A DNA stretch of 62,836 nucleotides, counting the filler, from Globobulimina sp. (Eukaryota): the NCBI GenBank assembly GCA_003354225.1. It is 28 parts of 28 records of this genome, joined end to end, with 100 filler letters (N's around TTAATTAATTAA, not from the genome) between each part and the next. Parts side by side here need not be neighbours in the genome. Positions count along the whole stretch, not along the records: positions 35,978 to 38,125 come from PIVH01008638.1; positions 38,226 to 40,372 come from PIVH01008639.1; positions 40,473 to 42,619 come from PIVH01008640.1; positions 42,720 to 44,866 come from PIVH01008641.1; positions 44,967 to 47,113 come from PIVH01008642.1; positions 47,214 to 49,360 come from PIVH01008643.1; positions 49,461 to 51,606 come from PIVH01008644.1; 21 more parts are not named here. One strand, given 5' to 3'. The notes under the pieces are model-generated. The model was not told where the DNA came from and did no database searches. It was given only the letters and a program-made list of their open reading frames with translations. Below are positions 37,098-49,702 of this stretch, piece after piece. How positions within the stretch are numbered: the first letter of the stretch is position 1; each line of letters starts with the position of its first letter. Position numbers and translations under genes: made by a program.

Positions 37098-37882
37098 TTA
37101 TCTCTTCCGATTGAATAGTTGATTAATATAAAAGATCTGAAATGCACCCAAACATATTATGACCTACAATAAAATACAAATAATAATAATAACAGTCAGA
37201 TACCACATTATAAAATAACTTAACAACAATTTCCAACACACACATCCATGTGACTCGCAATAATGTGCTTTCGTTTGCTGTGTATATACCAATTGTATAC
37301 GCATCGGAATTAAAATTAATTGTAAACATATACATGTACATTAATTAACTTTGTCGGGAGAATTTATCTCTAATTTGAATGTAATGATGATGGTCTTGGA
37401 TTGAATGGATACCGATGGCGACATTGTTAATGGCAGTTTCCAAAGATCCAAAATGTTCTAAATATCACACATTATAATTAAGTATTTGGCGTAGAAACAA
37501 TAAACAAACAACAACACAAACTTGAAATATGTAAGCCAGCCTTTTTTATTTCATTGGAGACATGGAATGAAAAAGAGATACGTTTTGTTGATACAGATAC
37601 CCGTTTGTTGTTTAAACAAAGTTCATATCGGCCATTTTTTAATGCAATAAATTCGAAGGAGCCACTCTGTTTGAGAGGCTCTTCAAACACAACTGCGTTA
37701 TCAGGGTCTGCAATTTTAATATTTATATCCAAGCGACCTCCAAACTGGACAGCATATGAGCCAAATAATTTCTGTCCTTCTGATACAACCTGATGGAAGC
37801 ATTTTTCGCGTGACGCTACAATTGTGATTGTAAAGCCGAGGCATATATCTACCAACAACACCAATATTATTAACATTGACAT
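37098..37882 (-). CDS. p24/emp24 (TMED) GOLD-domain cargo receptor, 4 exons
   Basis: Signal peptide, EKCFH..GRYELCLNN GOLD domain, NESTLLRVTW, TM then FQIFYINQLFNRKR*. Confidence 0.88.
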
Positions 37883-38225
37883 TTCAAACTAAAGTGCACA
37901 GTTTTTGCGAGAGGTCACGTTTTTTTAGTGATCGGATTTCGACTTTTGCAGTTGAGCTAAGATTTATCATTAATTATTATATTTACATTATTGAACAACT
38001 TTCCTTTGATTTTGTTTTTGGTTTCTGTGTTGTGGGCGAGCTATCGGTATCTTCTTCATTTGGATCGTTCTCGCTTTTCGAATTCATGTTTTTCCATTCA
38101 ATTAATTTATCCAAAATTGCAAGTTNNNNNNNNNNNNNNNNNNNNNNNNNNNNNNNNNNNNNNNNNNNNTTAATTAATTAANNNNNNNNNNNNNNNNNNN
38201 NNNNNNNNNNNNNNNNNNNNNNNNN

Positions 38226-38598
38226 TCGGCCATCCAATGCTTTGTATTAAACCATTGAGTGTCCATAAACAAATATAATATGCTTTATAATCGGTATAAT
38301 TTAGTTCTAGAAACGGCACAGATATCGCAAATATTAAATAAATGAATGCTGTCATAAATAGGCCAAACGCATGAAATTTAGCGGCGTCAAATTTGTCACC
38401 CATAACACCGGAAGAATATAAACCCAATGCATAGGAGGCTAAAAAAAAAGCATCCATTAAACCTTCGAAATGTTTGGTAAATCCCCAATCTGATTGCATT
38501 GCTTCCTTGGCGGAAGCAAATGACTGTCGACATGTATGTGTTGATACATAACTTATGAAAGTTACTGCAAATATTACCCAACGGTAATGACAAGCCAT
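38226..38598 (-). CDS. Sugar-phosphate exchanger (SLC37/GlpT MFS), 3'-truncated
   Basis: TFISYVSTHTCRQSF, GLMDAFFLASYALG..SGVMGDK, NGLIQSIGWP. Confidence 0.88.
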
Positions 38599-38653
38599 TA
38601 TTGAAATGTACAGTTTAATAATATTTAAATATCGAAAAACCTCAGTTGTGAAC

Positions 38654-40276
38654 ATGGCAACCTCAATGCCTCCAAATGGTAAAAAAAAAGCAAATGTACC
38701 ATCATCAAATACTAAAAAGAAAGATTCAGAGTTTATTGTAATAAACGAATTCCTGAAATTAGATTTAAAATCAAACGTATTATTAAGTAACGATTCCATT
38801 AAATCAGGTACCCGAATATTGATTGAATTGCCATTATTCAAAATTGGTCGTCCAACGCAGACCTCCCATCCAGCAAATTCATTATTTTTATATCACTCTT
38901 TTCTAAATAACTTAAACAGTGATTTACAAAAAGAGATTTTATACAAAAAATATCCAATTAAAAAATTAAATAAAAGCATCGCAAAACATACCGAAAATTT
39001 AAAAACTTTAATTAAAAAAAACAACAAATTAAACGAGAAATCAGTCATTAAATACAATGACAAACAATGGAAAGAAATGGAAATATTACAAAATATCTTT
39101 CATTCTTACTCGATTTCATTGCAATTAATATCCGATCCATATCATATTGTTTACGATCATTACAACAACGTACGTTTCCACAACCAAACAACCCAAAAAA
39201 AACCAAATCAGACCGGGTTCGTTTCAGTCAACGATTCCAATGAAATAAAAACAAATATCCATAATGGCTCCGACGATTCCGATCCTATAATACATCTCGG
39301 TACGTTCTACTAATTATTTTTGCTTATGTGTATTTCTGCGATTTTACGTAAATAACACACGATACGCACAAAAACAGGAAAAGCAATCTATGAAAGAGCC
39401 AGCTTATTATCGCATGCATGTTCGCCGTGCTGTCGTATCAATGTAATTGACGAGAAAGGCACCATCGAAATACGCACATTGGTCGACATTCCATGCTCCG
39501 ACATCCCATTAACTCGTAATTTCTTGGACGATACGCGTGGTTTAGGCCGGACACAGGACGCACAAAACATTTCTGACGACACCAATCTCATTGCATGCAA
39601 CATGCGCTGTGGCTTATTGTTGTCTAATTATCATTTTATTTGCCAGTGTCCCAAATGTTTGGATTGGGACAGAACGCGCGGGTTTTTGTGCTGCAATGCA
39701 AAGGACAGCAATGGCTGCGGCGGGGTGTTATGGAGCAGGCCGCCTTACTTATTATGGAAATGTCAGTCGTGCCATAGATTGGTGCACAAAGAGGAGAGTT
39801 TATTTAATGTGTTCAAAGTGGAAAAGTCGTTCATTGCGCGGTTGCGTGGCATTGAGGAGATAATCAATTTGAATTTTAGTCGAAGTATCGATGTGTCTGC
39901 GTTGCTATATCCATTGTTGAATGAATGTAGTAAGTATTTGGCCAATAATCATTGGATTATACAGAGGTTATTATGGGTATGTTTTGAGGAGAAATTGTCG
40001 AGGAATTATTTACCGCATTCTTTGATTTATTTAAAACGACATATTGAAGCTGCGGAAATAGTCAATGATTATGGCAAGAATCCATCCGTTATTATGGCGA
40101 ATAAATATGAGTTAATTTCTGATTTATTAGCGTATGATGAAGGATATAAATTGGAAGCGATTAAAAAAGCAATTAAATTACGGGAATTATTGCACGGTGC
40201 ACAACATTCTTCGGTTAAAAGATGTGTTAAAAAATTAAAATTTTATAACGATAAATATCGGAAACAGTTAACATGA
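38654..40276 (+). CDS. SMYD-like SET-domain protein; intron 39300-39377
   Basis: IKSGTRILIELP, spliced LG|KAIYERASLLSHACSP, post-SET YHFICQCPKC, helical C-terminus. Confidence 0.75.
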
Positions 40277-40472
40277 TATTATTAAATTAACAGTTAACAC
40301 AAGAAATTGACGTACGCCAAAATTGAGGCTTTTCAAACCAAATAATGTATTTTTATTATTTTTGTTGAATGTNNNNNNNNNNNNNNNNNNNNNNNNNNNN
40401 NNNNNNNNNNNNNNNNTTAATTAATTAANNNNNNNNNNNNNNNNNNNNNNNNNNNNNNNNNNNNNNNNNNNN

Positions 40473-42619
40473 AAGGTGCTGCCTTTTCCGGGTGTGCTGT
40501 TTACCTTGATTTCGCCCTGATGGGCTTCCATAATATTGTGAACAATCAGTTGGGTTATAATTAAAGTTCCATACCGCAATATTATTTGTACACGCCGGCA
40601 AACTGCAATTAAATAAAAATGTATCATCAATTGAAGCAACAGTCTGATACTGTGTTGTGTTTTTGTTACATTGTCCATCTGCGGAGTAATATAGATTCCA
40701 CTCCACAGCACCAATACCATTACATTCATACTGTAATGAGAATGCGATACCGGATATATTTGCTGCGACACACACACCAACTGCTTGAATGAAACCAATA
40801 TGATTAACCCATTGACAGGTTGGGTTGTTGACATATTCATCCATTGTTGTTGTCGTCATATTCATCCATGGATCGAAGGTTGATTGAATCGATTCTGTTG
40901 CATTACATTGTATATCAATGGTATAAATACCACCGGATGAAAATGGCTCAATCAACACATAATACACTTCATTTAGGTTCATATTTGGGATTGAAAATAC
41001 TTCTCGCAATGGCGAACTACATTTATCTGCTCCACAATCATCCCCATCACAGTAAGGTTGTGATATCCATTCACCACTCTCAGAATAGACAAATAATTTT
41101 GGGTCAAAGTCGGAAGAGCAGTCAGAAAATGTAACCGTTGATACAGTATTTATATTTGGGACGAATTTATAACAGTGAGTGTCGGCACTAATAATGGTAC
41201 CAGTTACGGATTCATCACAGGATATGATTCCTTGTGTAACCGGACAATATGGTGGATTTACAGTTGGCTGAGTCGGTTCAACAGTTGGATACAGGGTTGG
41301 TTCCAGTGTTCCACCTTTTTATTTTTTAATGGTAAGTACGAATTTTAAAAACAGTGAAAAACAAAAACTTACCCTGGCAATGTAATGTTGCATTTGCGTT
41401 GATCGACCACAGATGACTAGAAGTACAAAATGCATTGACATAAGTTGACTCAGTCAATGATATTTGATATGTAGTACCAGCTTCAATTTGATTTACAGCA
41501 AGATCGGTCTGAGATAAACATGTATCATAAGAACTGCATAAATTAGATTGAGCCCCGGCACCGCAACGTTGTATCAAAGAACCATCACCATACACATCAA
41601 TATACTCGGAACTCGAGTCATAATCAATTCTCTCATAAATAAATGTCAATTGCGGATTAACACACGTCTCATTATTAATAGTAAAATAAATATCAAAGTA
41701 TCTGGTACCACTCACATATTCATTCTGTATTAATACATTCCATTCAGTGTCGTATTGTGAATTTGGAGTGACTGGACTGTAAAAACACCATCGATTTGAG
41801 CCACATGCTACTTTTGTGTTTGGTGGAGTTGGTGTTGGTGCAGATGTTGTTGGATTTACAGTTGGTTGAGTCGGTTCGACAGTGGGATCAACTGTTGGTT
41901 CGGTGGTTGGGTCAGCTGTACCCGCAGACAGCTAAGTTTTAATCGCGCATTGATTGAGTTTGTATGATAAGCAGAGCACAGTGACTCGACAGAAATGGAT
42001 TCAAATACTGTAATCTGATAATGATCTCCCTCAGCAATGATTTTATTAACTCCGAGATCATAATCAGTCAGACATGGCGAAAACTGGTTGCATATTACTG
42101 CGCCTTGACATTGTGTGATGCTATTACCGCTATTATCAAATAGCTCGATATATTCTGTTACTGAATCATAATCAATCTGTGCAGTGTATACAATTGTAAT
42201 TATTAATCATTAATGAGGAGAGGCAAGAAACATACCAGTTCGTGTTCAAATGAGATTTGTGGAGAAACGCAATCGTTCCCATGAATGATAAAAAATACAT
42301 TAAAATAAGTATCTGTATATGTTATATTACGACTGTAGAATATCTATGCTTTATAATATAAATTCATACCGGAATTGTCATCAGGATTTTGAATGATGAC
42401 TGTATTTTCAACTGGTGCTGAGAGTGAAGGATAAACATCCACGATATAACAGAATGTATTTACCCCACAATCAATTTTTTCATTTGTTGGATACGGTGTG
42501 GGATTTAGTGTAGGTTGCGTTGGTGTAGCTGTTGTTGGATTTATTGTTGGTTCCATGCTTGGGTTATTTGTTGGTTCTGCAGTTGGCGAAATTGTGCCGT
42601 ATTCACATTGCAATGTAAG
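40473..42619 (-). CDS. Large extracellular protein with PT-rich linkers and repeated Cys-containing modules; multi-exon, partial; apparent frameshift near 41927
   Basis: Repeated modules (YF..F.I....CV.PQ..F...IDYDS..EYI..INA.L.L.C) separated by PTxxPTxxP tracts. Confidence 0.6.
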
Positions 42620-42719
42620 NNNNNNNNNNNNNNNNNNNNNNNNNNNNNNNNNNNNNNNNNNNNTTAATTAATTAANNNNNNNNNNNNNNNNNNNNNNNNN
42701 NNNNNNNNNNNNNNNNNNN

Positions 42720-43195
42720 TCCGATACGGTGAGTCGTCGTGATATTTTTCGATAGTGTCCTCAAACCCTCCATGCAGATTTTTAAATTACATTATTACAA
42801 ATCAATCACAAGTCAGTCATTCATCACTCGAACCGTTTCCATATGAATACCAGCATCAATACCATTATTTATTGCTGGCTCAAATGTTGAAAGAAATCTG
42901 TATTGAGGAGAAAGAAGAGAAAGATGAGACAGTGGAAGCAGAACCTGTTGATGTAATTGCTGCTGCTATTAATGCTTTGATTGATGATGAAGTTGAAGTG
43001 ATTGATGATGCGGTCGCGGTGGTTGACAGTGGTTTGGAAGTGATAAATAATGGTATTGATGGTGGTATTCATATGGAAACAGTTCGAGTGATGAATGACT
43101 GACTTGTGATTGATTTGTAATAATGTAATTTAAAAATTTGCATGGAGGGTTTGAGGACACTATCGAAAAATATCACGACGGCTCACCGTATCGGA
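42720..43195. repeat. Long inverted repeat: 153-bp arms (42720-42872 and 43043-43195), 170-bp spacer
   Basis: Direct reverse-complement comparison, 4 mismatches counted by eye; left arm starts at the contig edge. Confidence 0.93.
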
Positions 43196-43605
43196 AGTGG
43201 CTGAAGGGACGACAATGGTTAACTACAAACTTGTGGCCGAAAGGACTGTGCCATGGTTAACTACGAAAATGTGCCACAGAGGTCAATTGCGAAAAAAAAT
43301 ACTATGCGAAATTAAAGTGTCCTAAAGTATGTTCATTACGAATCCGACGGATATCGCAGATTTGGCCGCCTTCTTCTTTTGGAGGCCCTGGATGTCTGCG
43401 GCAGCGCGACCCGGCGAAGATATTAAAACCAACGGGCAGCCGTTGACTCTCAGGATTTGGAGACTAGCGTTGTCCGAGAAACGCAGGTGGACTGTTATAA
43501 GTTCTTCGTAGTATCGATGCTCGCCTTCGCCATTCAAGTGATAGCGGGAGTTTGCTGCGCCATTGACTTCGTGCGACCGCTCTGCTTCTCGGCCTGCTAC
43601 TTCAT

Positions 43606-44119
43606 ATCACCACAAACTGAATGAAAAAAAGGAAAAAAATTGGAAAAATGGGTGGTGATAAGCTACCGCGGATAGAATAGAAAAATTGGAAAAAGAAATT
43701 TGGGAAAAATGGATTTGTGACCACGAACTGAAAATAAAAATTGAAAAAAAAATTAGACGGTGATTGTCATCACCAAATAAATGAAAAATTGGAAAGGAAA
43801 GAAAATTAGATGTGGATGAGTATGATGATGAGCTATGTGCACGCCCATCATCATAATTAGAAGCTGTGCGTTTCTGTTTATTTTTTTTACGCACGTGTGC
43901 AAGGAGAGATATCTACAAACAAACAAACAAAACAATAAATTTAAATTATGATGGTGGGCATGCAATAGCTCATCATCATCATATTCATCCAAATCAAAAT
44001 CATTATATTCATTCAGTTTGTGGTCAGCCAAGACCACAAATCCTTTCTTTCCAAATTCATTTTTTTTCTTTTTTCTTAAATTGTTTCTTTTTCCTTTTTT
44101 TCATTCAGTTTGTGGTGAT
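43606..44119. repeat. Diverged inverted duplication (outer 32 bp perfect: 43606-43637 and 44088-44119; inner match about 43812-43858 and 43944-43990)
   Basis: ATCACCACAAACTGAATGAAAAAAAGGAAAAA and GATGATGAGCTA..CATCATAATT blocks recur in reverse orientation. Confidence 0.8.
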
Positions 44120-45013
44120 CCAATACCACCATCTTTTTCTTCATTTTTTCCATTTTTTTCAAATTGTGGGTTGTTTGTTGTTGTGTTGATGATGGTGAAG
44201 CTTTTCCCATTCTCGCCGCCTTAATATATGACGGCATTGCATCCCATCCAAATCGATATCGCTGTCGCCTCATGATTTGAACATGAATCCTGAGCTAGGC
44301 GACCTTTATCCATTATTGATTTTCTATGTGGAAGTTTATTTTACAAATGAATTATAAACCATATGACGAGACAGTAGATGCAATAGAGTGAGGACTTTTT
44401 ATTAATCCACGCTGCTGGCAAGCAATCCTATTAGACATAAGTAGACATAAAAAGTAACAGTTTTCAAAAATGCTTAGTTTGACTTTCTCTAATGCTTTCA
44501 TCAATTTGAGGCATGAAGAAATGTTTTTCATTTCACAAAAAAAAACAGTCCTTGCCGCTTTGATAACATATATGGTTCATCCCATGAATATTAAAAAGTA
44601 AAAACATAGTCCTTTATATGTTTCGAAAATAATAGTAACAAAACATAAACAAATAAAAAATAGCAGTTTAGAAATTGATACAAGATTCTCCTTCTGAAGT
44701 TATGGTGTGGTTTACCCATAACGAAGGGCAACGTTAACTAAGCAGACAATGATGTTTGCTAAGAATGAAACAACTGACAAAGCCGGCAAACCTCAGTTGG
44801 GAAATTGCGTTGACTCTTCTGGATTGGTAATTGCAATAAGGACCCAATTGATTACCTCTTTATCTTNNNNNNNNNNNNNNNNNNNNNNNNNNNNNNNNNN
44901 NNNNNNNNNNTTAATTAATTAANNNNNNNNNNNNNNNNNNNNNNNNNNNNNNNNNNNNNNNNNNNNATGTATTTTCAAATTGTTTCCCATCAAAATCTAA
45001 CATACACTCATAC

Positions 45014-47113
45014 CTTCGTTACCAATTCCAAATTTTTTTGTACATCCTTTGGATGTAATTCTCCTTTCTGTGATTGGCTGCTTTATTCCCTTCTTTTTAT
45101 CATACAAATAGCCCAATGCAAAGGACTCGCCATAGCTACACCGAACACCGCCGTACACCTCAATCGGTATCACATCCAACTTAGCACCCAATGTCACATA
45201 CGGTTTTACCACAACTGGCACCTATGTACACACAAAAAAACAATTAACTATACATCGCAGCAAACGCGCACATAAAATATTAACTGGTCCAATAAAGAAA
45301 GTGTACGTCTGCCCAAAGTTGAGCAGCTTCTCAATTATCACAGTCAGTTCGCCATAAATCTCGGTAGAAAAATAAGCGCCCAGCTCCCATAAGCCATGAA
45401 TCCGAAATTCAACATGAATATTCCCGCGAATTATCCTCCAAAAAAAGTTGAATTTCAAACTAATTTCCAGTTTAAACCAATATCCATATTCCACCGAGAT
45501 CTTTCCTTTCCCGGTCGTCGTGATCGTAATGCCGTTGCCCACCGTATATTTCTTATTGAAATCCTTCACTTTCTTCCATTTATAATCGCCTTTCTTATGG
45601 ATGTTGACCAACTTCCTATTCCCACTGATACCCAATTTCATATCCAATGCGCTCAAAATCTTTCCCGCGATTTTCTTCGCTACGTTTTTGATATATTTCC
45701 CGCCTCTTTTGATCGCCTCCTTTGCCTTTTCCGCCGCCTTCCTCGCCAATTCCTTGGCCTTTCTCGCCAATTTCAGTGCCTGTTCCTTGGCCTTCCGCGC
45801 CAATTCCATGGCTTTCCGTTTAGCAGCTTCTGCCACGCGGCGTAGTCTCTCTTTTGCCGCCCTCGCCGCCGCAACCGCTCGTTTTTTAGCCTTACATACA
45901 GAAAACAAAATAATTTGCAGTACGCTGTACGTGCGTTTGCAACTTTTTATATAGTCAACACCTCTCTGGCTAAGCTGGCAGCCCTTTCTCTTACTTTCCT
46001 GGCAGCCGCAGCGGCTCTCCTCGCCGCAGCTCGTGCGATATTCCTAGCTCTGGCCGCGGCTCTTTTTGCCAGATTCCTTGCTCTCGCCGCAGCTCTGCGA
46101 GCCGCTGCCTTTGCTCTCCGTGCGACTGAGCCAATTCCTCTGCGCGCCTTTTTCACCAATTTCTTAAATCCGCCCCATTCCATTTGCTGCAATTGGGCCT
46201 CGGTCAAGTCATAATTTTCGTCATTTGTATAGTAGTCATCATAATGATTCGCATCGACATCCTGTTTGTTCATATAATATCGCATCATTTCAATATTATC
46301 CAGCAATTCGTTTAAAAACTCGTCTTTGGAATAAAAAGTATCGTAATAATATTGATTCTGCCGCATTAAACCATCGATTTCATCCATTAAACTCTCCCAA
46401 AAATAGGCTTCGTAGTCTTCATTTAATGCACTTTCGAAGGCATCCAAACTCTCATAATCCTCCATCGCATATTCTTTATCATATTCATTCCATTCATTCT
46501 CAAACTCATTCAATTTAAGAAAATTATATCCGTCATAATAATACTCATCCTCTCCACTCGTAATATCGTCCAATTTGTACAGCAAATCAGTATCAATCAT
46601 ACTCGCCGCGGCTGTGGCTACATTGCCAACTTTGCCACCCTTCGCAGCCTTGGCCTTCGCCGTGGCTTTTTTCGCCGGTTTGGCCCCTTCGGACACCGCA
46701 ATATCTCCATTCACATTGCAATTCAAAATATATTGCATCGGCGACCGCGGCAATGACAAATGTACCTTAATAATATTGAATTCATCTTCATTTTGCCGCC
46801 GCTGCACCTTCAAAGCACCGCTGTCCTCGTCGATATTTTCAATCTTATAAACCGGACTAAGACAACCTTTCTCGTACAACGCATCCGCTATCTTTTCGTC
46901 TGCCAACAAAAAATCGCCAATATTCCAGCTATTATCGTCATTCACATAGTCCTTCACCACAATAAACGACAAATCAATGTCCAATTCGTCCGGCGTAGTG
47001 GGGTCGTTATCGTGGTCCCAATACTCCAAATTGCATTGAATCAACGTATTGATATCGATCCATTGGTTGTGATTTCCTAAATTGATCTCGCCGCCAAAGG
47101 CCGGCACCTCAAT
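45014..47113 (-). CDS. Unknown protein: acidic D/E/Y-rich region, long Ala/Arg/Lys helix, beta-strand-rich domain; introns 45891-45961 and 45222-45284; partial
   Basis: Phase-0 GT-AG introns join ORFs 45947, 45222 and 44997 in frame. Confidence 0.7.
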
Positions 47114-47213
47114 NNNNNNNNNNNNNNNNNNNNNNNNNNNNNNNNNNNNNNNNNNNNTTAATTAATTAANNNNNNNNNNNNNNNNNNNNNNNNNNNNNNN
47201 NNNNNNNNNNNNN

Positions 47214-47500
47214 TGTTGCAACAACATAGACGAGGCATGCGAAGAACTAAACCAATTTGTTGGCTGAATAGCAGTGCACAACTTTTGAGTGTCATTTCTT
47301 GGCCAATTGCCTTTCATGAATATGAAAGAAAAGAAAGTGATGTATTAGCCACAACATTCACTTTACTCCAAAAATTACAGGCACAAACGTCTCAGCCAAT
47401 TTCAGCCAATTTGCGACGAGTGATGTAACAATCCCTGATCCATTACGGAATATTAATCTTGAACAAGATGCTCAAGCATGTATTGGCACGGTATTGGTTA
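47214..47500 (+). pseudogene. Degenerate ubiquitin-specific protease (C19)-like fragment
   Basis: RGMRRTKPICWLNSSAQLL resembles the Cys box; EQDAQACI (QDA box) follows after a stop/frameshift. Confidence 0.45.
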
Positions 47501-47505
47501 TTTTT

Positions 47506-48250
47506 TTAACATGATCGTTGATTTAAAATAAAAAAGACGGTCATATTGGATTTACAGACACCAATATTGAACCTCCAAGTAAAAAATAAAAGTTGATTTT
47601 GAATTGATGCAAAAAACAAATTTAAAAAAAATCGCATCATCTGCATTTCTCGAATCTCTGTAGCGGTTTTACCAATAATAATACTTCCGATATTATCAAA
47701 TGCAATTACCTCGATACTTACCTCTTGTTGTGATATATTTACTAATTTAAATTTAATTCTATATTTCCACGTATCTCGGGAATATGTAAATATTTTATGT
47801 GGATTAAGTATTTTTAATTTACATTTGGCATAAAAAAATGGTATTTTAATTTTTTGTTCGATTTGAGATTCTAAAATCTTATTATTAATTGTATTAAAAT
47901 CTTGGACCGAAGTCATTTTTTGTTCTCTAAAAGATCAACAATGGAGCCAGGGGCTAATTTTTTAATTGTGGCAACATCTTTAAAATCCCATAATTGTGCA
48001 GTCGGTAAATTATATTTTAAAATATCCTGCGAATTTAATTTAACTAACTCAGACTCAGCAAGAGCTTCAATATAATGATCATTAAAAACAATTTTTTTTC
48101 AATGTGCATAATTGTGAATCTAAATTTTAAAGCAGTTGATAAAAATGCATGTAAATCTGCTATGTAAACAACATCAGCTTCCGATCTTTTTACTTTTTTA
48201 ATTGGTGGTTGGGAATTATTTGTGTTTTGTTTGCGTTTAAGATGCGACAT
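47506..48250 (-). pseudogene. Degenerate RPA70-like OB-fold gene
   Basis: WKYRIKFKLVN..IEVIAFDNIGSIIIGKTATEI resembles the RPA1 DBD-C tail; reading frame broken. Confidence 0.5.
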
Positions 48251-48470
48251 TTGTAACTTTATATTAAACAAAAAAAACAAAAAATATATTTCTAGAATTT
48301 TCCAGAAATTAAAATCCCTTTGAACACATACCAACAAAGTTTGCACTGAAAATTAAATCCCTTTAAAAACAAGCGACTTTAGTTTAAAGATGTATGGAAG
48401 GATGATGACTAATGATAAATTAAAAAACTTGTGAAAATATAAAGTGAAAAACTCTTGAGTAGCTTTTGAA

Positions 48471-48545
48471 TGAAATGAAACAAAATGAAATGAAAAAAAA
48501 TGAAATGAAATGAAAAAAATGAAATGAAATGAAAAAAAAATGAAA
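48471..48545 (+). repeat. Imperfect (TGAAA)n microsatellite with A tracts
   Basis: Directly visible tandem TGAAA units. Confidence 0.85.
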
Positions 48546-48772
48546 TATTAATTTTTAATTACACTTAAAAATAATATTGTTACAAAATAATACAAGTTTA
48601 TTTTTTATAATTTATAACAAACACAACATTTTGCAGAGTCAGCAAATTTCAAAAGTGAAATTGAAAAATATAGAAATAATACTATAATGTTTATTTTTTA
48701 GAATGACAAACACAAAAAGATTGTCCAGCTCATTTAATATTTTTACATTTTTTCTTTTTTGCGGTAAAAGCC

Positions 48773-48976
48773 TCACATTGCCTTTTTTTTACATGTACTA
48801 CAATACTGTTCTCCTCTCTTTGCTTTATATTTACATCTTTTGTTTGTAAACGTTAAACCTCTACAACGGAAAACATCATCTTGCCAAGCTTTGGAGCTAA
48901 CATCAAATTGTTTTTTATCATAAATAGGAAACTTTGGTGTTATTTTTTCCATTTGTGGGGCTTTCATTGCTTTCAT
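48773..48976 (-). CDS. Small basic Cys-motif protein (DUF5763-like zinc finger)
   Basis: CRGLTFTNKRCKYKAKRGEQYCSTC pattern; short ORF. Confidence 0.4.
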   Translation of the reverse strand: MKAMKAPQMEKITPKFPIYDKKQFDVSSKAWQDDVFRCRGLTFTNKRCKYKAKRGEQYCSTCKKKAM

Positions 48977-49702
48977 TTTTTTGGGTTTCCTTCTTTCTTT
49001 TTGTTTTTTATTATTATATAAAAAACATATTGAATGTGAAGAATTACAGAAAAAGAAAAGAAAAATAGTAGATTTTTTATAAAGAGATACAAAATATGTT
49101 TGTTGCTTTTGACAGTCGTCAGTATTCTTCTCACCCTGGAATTATCCAACAAATATTCAATATATAAAGGAAGAAAAAGTTCAACAAAATGTGCTGAACA
49201 AGATTCAAAAATTTACTCAAAAAAATACATCCAAAAAAGATTACAGGGATAACTCCTATAAGACGCAGAATCATACAATTATGATCATTGTATGAAATAA
49301 AGGGGATCTCGTCCGAGATAATGAATTATGTATGACTATAAAAAATAATTAAAAATCATANNNNNNNNNNNNNNNNNNNNNNNNNNNNNNNNNNNNNNNN
49401 NNNNTTAATTAATTAANNNNNNNNNNNNNNNNNNNNNNNNNNNNNNNNNNNNNNNNNNNNTTCGACTACTTTCTCATTTTGTGTCTTTAGACAGTTTGTA
49501 AGGAATATATGCAAAGCATCTCCTTCTTGCTGGCTGCTGGTCACATTGACAGAAGAACTCATTTTTTAGTGCAAGTTTTCAATATGAAATTAATAATATG
49601 CAAAATAAATATATTAAAAAAAGTATTTGAAAAAAAATAATAAATTAAAAAAAGGTGTGGAGAAAAATAAATTAAGGAGAAAAAACAAAGAAGAAATTAA
49701 TA

